NCBI GenBank assembly: GCA_041499185.1
Contig: JBGQJU010000012.1
Location: 4,790-68,789 of the forward strand
Reading direction: 5' to 3'
Length of the DNA: 64,000 bases
Source: Pyrinomonadaceae bacterium
GTDB lineage: Bacteria; Acidobacteriota; Blastocatellia; Pyrinomonadales; Pyrinomonadaceae
Below the pieces are notes generated by a model. The model made no database searches and was not told where the DNA came from. It saw only the letters and a program-made list of their open reading frames with translations. The position numbers and the translations under genes are program-made. The stretch's first letter is position 1; each line of letters opens with the position of its first letter. This document shows positions 57,342 through 64,000 of this stretch, in pieces.

Positions 57342-58250
57342 ATGCGGCGGATGTCCAGAATCAAGATCGGTCCTGCCGGCTGGTCATACAAAGACTGGAA
57401 AGGCGTGGTCTATCCGCAATCCCCCGGTTCAAAGTTTGATCCGCTCGCTTATCTCGCGAACTACTTCGATACGATCGAGATCAATAGCAGCTTCTACCGG
57501 CCGCCCGCTCCTTCTTCAGCTAAATCGTGGGCGGGGCGCGTCTCGCACAATCCAGACTTCACCTTTACTGCTAAGTTGCATCAGGTTTTTACGCATGAGC
57601 GTGGCAAAGCGACCGCGGAGGATGAGAGGATTTTTCGCGAAGGAATCGATCCGCTGGCAAATGAAGGAAAACTGGGAGCGCTGTTGCTTCAATTTCCCTG
57701 GTCTTTCAAGAATGAGAGCGACGAGCGAGAGTACTTGTTCAACCTGCTCGGTAGATTCAAAGACTATCCTCTGGTAATTGAAGTTCGACACGCCTCATGG
57801 AATCAGCCTGCCATTTACGAAGCGCTCGAAGAAATCGGAGTAGGAATTTGCAACATCGACCAACCGCTTTTTGCGAAGTCAATCAGACCGTCTGCGTTGA
57901 CTACATCTTCAACCGGCTACATTCGGCTGCACGGCAGGAATTACGAGAATTGGTTCCGGGAAAAGGCGGCGCCCGCCGAGCGTTACAACTATCTCTATTC
58001 CCTTGATGAGTTACAGCCGTGGATTACGAGAATAAAGGAGATAGCAGCGCAGACCAAAGAGACTTACGTCATCACCAACAACCACTTTCGAGGCAAGGCG
58101 GTCGTTAATGCGCTCGAGATTAAAGCCGCACTGGACGAGCGGCGCGTGTCCGCACCTGCGCCACTTCTCGCAGAGTATCCACGTCTGGCCGATTCCGTTG
58201 CTGCAGAGGAAGCGTCGACAGACACCAGCGATTCAAGACTCTTCGACTGA
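57342..58250 (+). CDS. DUF72-domain protein
   Basis: IKIGPAGWSYKDWKGVVYP, FDTIEINSSFY and EVRHASW match the DUF72 pattern. The start is uncertain (57339, 57342 or 57351). Confidence 0.8.
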   Translation: MRRMSRIKIGPAGWSYKDWKGVVYPQSPGSKFDPLAYLANYFDTIEINSSFYRPPAPSSAKSWAGRVSHNPDFTFTAKLHQVFTHERGKATAEDERIFREGIDPLANEGKLGALLLQFPWSFKNESDEREYLFNLLGRFKDYPLVIEVRHASWNQPAIYEALEEIGVGICNIDQPLFAKSIRPSALTTSSTGYIRLHGRNYENWFREKAAPAERYNYLYSLDELQPWITRIKEIAAQTKETYVITNNHFRGKAVVNALEIKAALDERRVSAPAPLLAEYPRLADSVAAEEASTDTSDSRLFD

Positions 58251-58257
58251 CCCGCAG

Positions 58258-58650
58258 CTACATTGCGGCCGTTTGCGCCACCATCTGAGCAAACGAGATC
58301 GGCAAACCGTCGGGATCCACGCAAACGGCGAGCTTGATTCCCTCGCCTTCTCGTTGCGTTGGCGGCATGACGAAGGTTATGCCCTTGGCTTTCAGCTCTT
58401 CATAAGTCTTATCGACATCTTCCACATTGAATCCGATGGAACACGTGCCGGCGGCCTTGTCTTTGCCGACGCCGGATTGCTCCTGGCGTATGCCGCCTCC
58501 GTGAAGCGCGAGTGTTGTCGCTCCGGTCACGAATTCTGTCCAGTCGGGCGACTGAAACTTCAACGGGATTCCCAGCTTGTCGCGATAAAACTCGACAGAG
58601 CGATTCATGTCGGACACGATCACCATAGTGTAATCAATCTGTTTGAACAT
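58258..58650 (-). CDS. VOC/glyoxalase-family protein
   Basis: 130 aa with paired beta-alpha-beta-beta-beta modules and an N-terminal ...VSDMNRSVEFYRDKLG motif. Confidence 0.75.
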   Translation of the reverse strand: MFKQIDYTMVIVSDMNRSVEFYRDKLGIPLKFQSPDWTEFVTGATTLALHGGGIRQEQSGVGKDKAAGTCSIGFNVEDVDKTYEELKAKGITFVMPPTQREGEGIKLAVCVDPDGLPISFAQMVAQTAAM

Positions 58651-58671
58651 TGCTTGAACCTCCCTCGCAGA

Positions 58672-59112
58672 TCATTTCCTTTGCTTCTTACTGCTGCCCA
58701 TTGAGACAAGGGTGTCGAATTCATCTTTCGTGAGCGGCATTACAGAAAGTTGCGATTGCCGAATCAATGGCAGCCCGCTGAGTCGCTTGTCATAGCGAAT
58801 CGCTGCCAGGAGAACCGGTGCTGCGAGCGCTTTGACGGGCTTGATATCTACAGCTACCCACTGAGGATCATCCGCAGTTGGGTCGGCGTAAGCAGCCTTG
58901 GCAACCTCCGCGATGCCGACGACGGCCTTGTCTTTACCGGAATGATAGAACAAGACACGGTCGCCTGTCTTCATCTGCCGCAAATTATTGCGCGCCTGAA
59001 AGTTCCTCACTCCGGTCCAATCCGTTTGCCCATCCTTTACGAGCGTATCCCAGGAATAGGTTTCGGGCTCTTGCTTGACCATCCAATAGTTGCTCTTTGT
59101 CTTATTCTTCAT
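58672..59112 (-). CDS. EVE (PUA-like, DUF55) domain protein
   Basis: NYWMVKQEPETYSWDTL...WTGVRNFQARNNLRQMKTGDRVLFYHSG is the classic EVE signature. Confidence 0.85.
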   Translation of the reverse strand: MKNKTKSNYWMVKQEPETYSWDTLVKDGQTDWTGVRNFQARNNLRQMKTGDRVLFYHSGKDKAVVGIAEVAKAAYADPTADDPQWVAVDIKPVKALAAPVLLAAIRYDKRLSGLPLIRQSQLSVMPLTKDEFDTLVSMGSSKKQRK

Positions 59113-59190
59113 GGTTTACCTTCTTGTCAGGTTTGAACGGGCTGCCTACAATAACGTAACCTGGTGCAAAACCTGCGAACGGAGACAATC

Positions 59191-59649
59191 ATGCCTAAAG
59201 AAGGAAGTGCCGCGCCGACATTCAAGACTACCGACGCCAACGGGAACACGGTGAAACTGGCAGACTTTCGCGGCCAGAAAGTCGTGCTCTACTTTTATCC
59301 CAAAGATGACACACCCGGTTGCACGAAAGAGGCATGTTCCTTTCGCGATGCTTTTGCAGATTTCAAGAAGCGCGGCATCAAAGTCCTCGGTGTTTCACTG
59401 GACAACGAGGCTTCCCGTCAGAAGTTTGCCAAAAAGTACAAACTGCCCTTCACGTTGCTGGCCGACACAGATCGCTCCATCTCAGAGGCTTACGGGACTT
59501 ATGGCCAGAAGAAGTTCATGGGGCGAACATACATGGGCGTGCATCGCATGACTTTCCTGATAGACGAGAAAGGCAAGATCAAGAAGATCTTCGAGAAAGT
59601 TAAGCCCGAAGAGCATGCCAGTGAGGTCCTCGAAGCCTTCAGCGAGTAA
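59191..59649 (+). CDS. bcp: peroxiredoxin Bcp (thiol peroxidase)
   Basis: [23 protein letters not shown] active-site motif. The ATG at 59191 follows GGAGACAATC. Confidence 0.9.
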   Translation: MPKEGSAAPTFKTTDANGNTVKLADFRGQKVVLYFYPKDDTPGCTKEACSFRDAFADFKKRGIKVLGVSLDNEASRQKFAKKYKLPFTLLADTDRSISEAYGTYGQKKFMGRTYMGVHRMTFLIDEKGKIKKIFEKVKPEEHASEVLEAFSE

Positions 59650-59665
59650 TAAGGGCCGCGGCTGA

Positions 59666-60301
59666 TCAAGCCGCGACCCAGCCAGCAATCTTTTCCGGTT
59701 CGCCCTCTGGGTTTTTGCCAGGCATTAAGACCTGCAGTGAGCTGAAGCTACTGGGCACGTCTCGTTTTCGAGGCGGCACTGGCAGAGACTGGCCTGCTTC
59801 CTCGTTAATCGCCAGTTCGGGCGGCAACTCGCTGATGAAATACATCCTCGTGTTTTCAATCACTTCCGTCCTGATTTCCCGGGTCCAGAGTAAAAGGTTC
59901 GCCAGCGCGTCGCCAATCTCGTCTTTACCTAGCTTGGTCTCATGCGCGATTTCTTTCTGAGTTCTTGCTCCATTTCTGATCGCTTCGCGAACGCGTTCGA
60001 CGGGAGTCATTTTGCTAACCTGCCGCGCGACATACTGTTGTCGCGCAGACAGCACTTCAGTGTCCTCCGGAAATTCTGCACCAGGCTCCAGAACTCTCTG
60101 CGTTAAGTACTGCTGTCGTACTGATTTGTACGCCTTCAAAGCCCTGCGGCTTTCAGTAACTTTACGGCGGATGCAACCTTTGCAATACAGATTGCGGCCG
60201 TCTTTGCGGGCGCGGCAAATTCCAAATTCCGTCAACGCCAGAACCTGAGAACAAATAGGGCACTGCTTTGAGTCAGGTATAAGCTCAGCTCGTTCCGTCA
60301 T
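59666..60301 (-). CDS. hypothetical zinc-ribbon + winged-helix-like protein
   Basis: CPICSQVLALTEFGICRARKDGRNLYCKGC (a pattern common in phage and plasmid proteins). HTH-like ARTQKEIAHETKLGKDEIGDALANLL. Lower GC. Confidence 0.55.
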   Translation of the reverse strand: MTERAELIPDSKQCPICSQVLALTEFGICRARKDGRNLYCKGCIRRKVTESRRALKAYKSVRQQYLTQRVLEPGAEFPEDTEVLSARQQYVARQVSKMTPVERVREAIRNGARTQKEIAHETKLGKDEIGDALANLLLWTREIRTEVIENTRMYFISELPPELAINEEAGQSLPVPPRKRDVPSSFSSLQVLMPGKNPEGEPEKIAGWVAA

Positions 60302-61166
60302 TTCGGCACTCCATCAACTCAAATCACATACCCACTTAGGGTGGGGGTCAAAAATGAAAACACTCTTCCTCGGGCCGGGCACTCGCTACCCTCCGGTCCG
60401 CACTAATGTTGTTGAGATGATTTGTTGGCGAAAGACCCTGAAGTTAATCAGGGAGATCGCCTAGATTGCCGAGTGTATCTTCAAACTTGAGCCGGATACG
60501 CTATACCTGAATTCGAATTCGCCTGCGGTTCCGGGCCGTACGCAAAAATGTATGAGAGCTAGCAACCAACCAGGCGATTCGGACAACAGATAATTTTAAA
60601 ACCTCTCTTCGGGCAATCATCACTCTTCAGCGAGGGGGAGCGATTATAGTTATCAGCGAACTTTTTGCAACAACTTTTTAAGCGCAAGATGGTCCAACTT
60701 TTTCTTCGCGCAATTTTGTTCCGAATCACTGATCGCGATCACTTGCACGCAGACGCAAACAACTCTAGCGCGAGAAGATAGATGATCGTTCTCGCGTGAA
60801 GAACAAATTCCCGCATGCATTATTTGTCATGATCGCTTTTTTCAGCGATCAAAATTCTCTCGCAAAACCGTATTCTTTTTGATCTTCAAGAAAGCGTTCG
60901 CCTCATGTTTGGCGCAACAGATGCGACGCGCACTCGTCTGGTCCTACAATTAGTAGTCCTCGCCTTTTTCCGAATCGCCGATCATCATTCATCGATCGAA
61001 GGGAAACGCACTATTGAGATCATCGAATGATGGAATTCGATCAACTCAATGCGTTCGGTGTCAGGTTGATTGGTGACGGATGTCTGAGTTCGAGACGTGC
61101 GGTGATCGTAAGCGGCGCATTTCGAAGTTGCAGATAAGAGTTCTGAATTCTGGCAATCAATTCGGC

Positions 61167-61637
61167 CTATTTTGCGACGACTGAAACGTGTGCGGCCACC
61201 AGCCGCCATCGTCCGCGCTCTTTAACCCAGAAATGTGTCGCCTGGTACTGCTCGACAACCTCCCCATTGCCGGTCTTGGTCTTCCATGTTGACAGAATAG
61301 TCGCGACAGCTGCGCCATCGGTGTACGGATAGACATCAACCTTGTCGCTATGGTTCGATTCGATCATTGACGGAGTACCAGGTTTGAGCGCCGCCAGCCG
61401 CTGTGCTTTGCGAGAGACCTTGCCTGCCGGGTTAGTAAAGACAAATTCGTCGCTCCAAAGGCGGTCGAGCGCCTCCTTGTCCGGTTTGAAAAGCGCTTCA
61501 GTCAATTCGTTCTCCGCGCTGGCTATCTCTTGCCTTATTTTTTCGGCCCGCGCGATCCGTGGCTTTTCAGTTTGCGCTTCAGCCAGTACAGCAACGCAGA
61601 GCACAATCCCGAGAATACGCAAGTTTTTGTTTTTCAT
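61167..61637 (-). CDS. secreted DUF4440/SnoaL-like (NTF2-fold) protein
   Basis: Signal peptide. LDRLWSDEFVFTNPAGKV...WVKERGRWRLVAAHVS is typical of DUF4440. Confidence 0.7.
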   Translation of the reverse strand: MKNKNLRILGIVLCVAVLAEAQTEKPRIARAEKIRQEIASAENELTEALFKPDKEALDRLWSDEFVFTNPAGKVSRKAQRLAALKPGTPSMIESNHSDKVDVYPYTDGAAVATILSTWKTKTGNGEVVEQYQATHFWVKERGRWRLVAAHVSVVAK

Positions 61638-61778
61638 TTCAAAACCATTCTACGTTTAAGGATCCACAGGAAAGGCCAACACGTGTGAAATGACATAAGT
61701 CTCTCCTTTACCATCTTTGCAGGAAGAGGTTGGACCTTTTCCACAGAGTCTTCCACAGTCAGGCTGTGGAAAACGCTT

Positions 61779-62201
61779 TCAGGCCAGACCGCGTCCAGGA
61801 CGATCTATTAAGCGATAGACGAACTTCAGTCCCGACCACACATCGTTGACAGCGCAGATCTTCACGTCAACAAGTCCGGCTTCGAGCCCGACCCGCTGAA
61901 CGCTATTGAACGACAAATCAGTCGGGACGCCCGAGCTTTTCTTCGGCCAGGCTACCCATAACATGCCGCTGGGCGAAAGCCTCTTTGCCATCTTCAAAAA
62001 GTTTTTCTTCAAACCCGACTCGGAGTTGGCAAACAGCAGGATGAGGTCGACCGCCTTACCGGGACGAGTAACAAAACGGACATGCGGTGGTAGTTCACCC
62101 AGTTCCCGCTCAAAGTCTTTTGGCGCATTTGCGAACACAATGCGAGAACCGCCTTTAATTCCGAGCTTTTTCGTCAGCGGTGTTCCTGAATAACCAGCCA
62201 T
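61779..62201 (-). CDS. DUF3052-domain protein
   Basis: The N-terminus MAGYSGTPLTKKLGIKGGSRI is the DUF3052 signature. Confidence 0.75.
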   Translation of the reverse strand: MAGYSGTPLTKKLGIKGGSRIVFANAPKDFERELGELPPHVRFVTRPGKAVDLILLFANSESGLKKNFLKMAKRLSPSGMLWVAWPKKSSGVPTDLSFNSVQRVGLEAGLVDVKICAVNDVWSGLKFVYRLIDRPGRGLA

Positions 62202-62295
62202 GTCTTAGGTCTCGGTTTCCGACAAACTTCAAGTTTGTCCCTGATTTTCCCCAGCGGTTCTTTTCGTGACCGACGCTCAGAAGTTTGTCGAACAT

Positions 62296-63993
62296 CTATT
62301 TTGGCCTGCCGTTGTCATTGCCAGCATCGCCACTGTCACTGTTATCATTGTCGTTCTGCTCGGGCGGTGGCTCAACCTTCTGCTCGCGTAGGCGAAGCAC
62401 GATGCAGTCTTTTTCCTCATGAACCACCTCGAACCAGCCGCTGTTGACGGCGTTGTTGTAGAAATCCTGGTGCGATGTGTCCGTAAACACATAATGCGCA
62501 CCAAAGCGCTCGCGAATCAGCGGGCCGGGATCTTCTTCATCGCCCAGCGTAATCTGATCGTAGAGTTTTGATAGCTCGGGGTTTCGGTCGTAGAGGTAGG
62601 TTGGGTCGAGGCCTGATACGTAGCGATGTGTCGGATCAAAGTAAAACATCCGCGGGAAATCATCCCAGTCGGTGTTGAAGACAATCTCGCCGGGCGGGAC
62701 ATTCGCGCGCACCCATTGCATGCCGGCCTTGTAGTGATCCGCCGGCTCGCTGTTCGCGATATCTTTGGTAGTAGCGCGTAGATTGAAGAACAAAGCGATG
62801 CCCAGCGCCACGACAACAACGGCAGCGGCAAGGGTTCGCACCAACTCTTTGCGCTGCTCCACCCCGGCGGCTTCGGCGGGCTCGTGTCTGTCAAGAAACG
62901 GCTCCAGCTCGTCGAGGATGTCTTTCGGCAAACTGGTGAAAGCCGATCGCGCGCCGTCAATCCACGGCTGTAGCGCAAACGCGGCGAAAAGAATGGCGAA
63001 CGGCGGCCAATATTCCGCGATGCGCTTCCAGCGCGCCGTCATCACCATCAGCGCTGTGGAAAGGATCAAGAAGAAGAGTGGATAGTGGGACCGCTTTCTG
63101 TCCGCAGGATCAAAAGCGATGTAGCCAACAACCATGGCGATGCACGCCACCAAAGAGTTACCTAGAAACTCCCACGTTTCATAGGGGTACCATTCTTGCC
63201 CAACCTTAGTCGAAAAGTCAGAAAACGTGAGCTTTATCTTCAGGTGTTCATAAAGGAGATAAAGGTTATGCGGGAAATAAGGGTTTATGACTAAGCCGGC
63301 TGCGGTGCCGAGCAAAACGAGGACGACGGGCCACCACTCAATGCGCCGCTCGGCCCATCCGATTACCACTCCCCAAACGAATGCGGCGACGATCAGCAGC
63401 ACAAACATGTCATAGGTCAGCGTAAAGATGAACGCGAGGGGCAGGAGTGGCCAGTACTTTCTCCGAAAGAGAAGATAAATGCCGATTATCAGGTAGATTA
63501 TGGCAAACGGCGGTGCCTTTGCCATATTCAACCGGTAAAGAAACGGCGCCGAACAAGCGAGCAGGGCAACCAGCCAGACCAGGACGTAGCGGATTCGGTG
63601 GTAAACCAGGAACCAGTAGCACGAGAAAACGGCGAGGCTGGCGAAGATCGTTGACGCTATTTTCGCGCCGAGGCGTAGATCACGTAACCACGTGAAGGGA
63701 ATCTGAAAAATGTGGAAGAGAAAGTGATGATCGACGTAGTTTTTCGGACTAAGCGTGGTTAGCGGTAGCCAGGTGAAGAGGGGCGGGAAATGGCGGCTGC
63801 GGATGCCTTCCCAGAGCATCCGGCTCCACATGATGTGATAGTAGCCGTCAAAATCGCCGCAACAAATCGACTTGGTGGAAAACTGGAGCCGCCAGAAGAT
63901 CAAACCGATTGCCGCGCCGCCGGCAATCAGTTGCAGGTGGCGAAGCGCGGCCTCAGACCCAAACACACCGCTTAACTTTTGCGAAGCATTCAT
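62296..63993 (-). CDS. polytopic membrane protein with a C-terminal soluble domain (possible GT-C/ArnT-like glycosyltransferase)
   Basis: At least 10 hydrophobic helices in the first about 400 aa, a soluble C-terminal domain and an acidic D/N-rich tail. The family assignment is a guess from architecture only. Confidence 0.55.
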   Translation of the reverse strand: MNASQKLSGVFGSEAALRHLQLIAGGAAIGLIFWRLQFSTKSICCGDFDGYYHIMWSRMLWEGIRSRHFPPLFTWLPLTTLSPKNYVDHHFLFHIFQIPFTWLRDLRLGAKIASTIFASLAVFSCYWFLVYHRIRYVLVWLVALLACSAPFLYRLNMAKAPPFAIIYLIIGIYLLFRRKYWPLLPLAFIFTLTYDMFVLLIVAAFVWGVVIGWAERRIEWWPVVLVLLGTAAGLVINPYFPHNLYLLYEHLKIKLTFSDFSTKVGQEWYPYETWEFLGNSLVACIAMVVGYIAFDPADRKRSHYPLFFLILSTALMVMTARWKRIAEYWPPFAILFAAFALQPWIDGARSAFTSLPKDILDELEPFLDRHEPAEAAGVEQRKELVRTLAAAVVVVALGIALFFNLRATTKDIANSEPADHYKAGMQWVRANVPPGEIVFNTDWDDFPRMFYFDPTHRYVSGLDPTYLYDRNPELSKLYDQITLGDEEDPGPLIRERFGAHYVFTDTSHQDFYNNAVNSGWFEVVHEEKDCIVLRLREQKVEPPPEQNDNDNSDSGDAGNDNGRPK

Positions 63994-64000
63994 TGGACAC

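Noticed and set aside
59666-61166. Calling a prophage or mobile element here
   Set aside because: No integrase, transposase, terminal repeats or att-like duplication are visible. The only evidence is a phage-style zinc-ribbon protein and low GC, which is insufficient for a mobile_element call.

Overview
This is a 64-kb chromosomal window from a moderately GC-rich bacterium. The backbone is roughly 57-62 % GC by eye, with several islands at roughly 45-50 %. The gene content (TPR/CHAT, LVIVD, PrsR-like sigma-54 regulator, REP-like hairpins) fits a soil Acidobacteriota-like genome, but I cannot verify the taxon. I support about 45 protein-coding genes. I saw no rRNA, tRNA, CRISPR array, transposase or integrase.

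Backbone genes:
- a histidine kinase plus sigma-54 response regulator pair;
- an AddB/AddA-type helicase-nuclease;
- an Lhr helicase, DUF2461 and EndoIII-like repair cluster;
- a GGDEF-EAL protein, an APC permease and assorted enzymes.

Stand-out loci:
1. A lower-GC three-gene minus-strand operon (32.2-38.5 kb). It encodes an unknown 365-aa protein, a CHAT caspase-like protease with a C-terminal double zinc ribbon, and a 1164-aa protein built from the same zinc ribbon, TPR repeats and two soluble FlhA-C-like modules. This is my best candidate for an undescribed protease-based conflict or signalling system.
2. A low-GC gene for a degenerate diadenylate-cyclase (DisA_N)-like protein wedged between addB and addA. 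It is followed by a perfect 24-bp inverted repeat.
3. A low-GC pair made of a P-loop kinase-Nudix fusion and a Nudix protein.
4. A secreted S8 subtilase whose N-terminus is a dead ClpB-NBD1-like module and whose C-terminus carries (GDGVVM)n repeats.
5. A roughly 9-kb minus-strand cluster that joins a selenocysteine (UGA)-containing SelD to a PhnCDE-like ABC importer, a flavoprotein disulfide reductase, an EgtB fragment, and SenA-like and SenB-like selenoneine genes.
6. A REP-like hairpin family inserted in-frame into addA and lhr, plus a frameshift-prone heptamer repeat inside lhr.

All family assignments come from motif recognition by eye and need HMM or structure confirmation.
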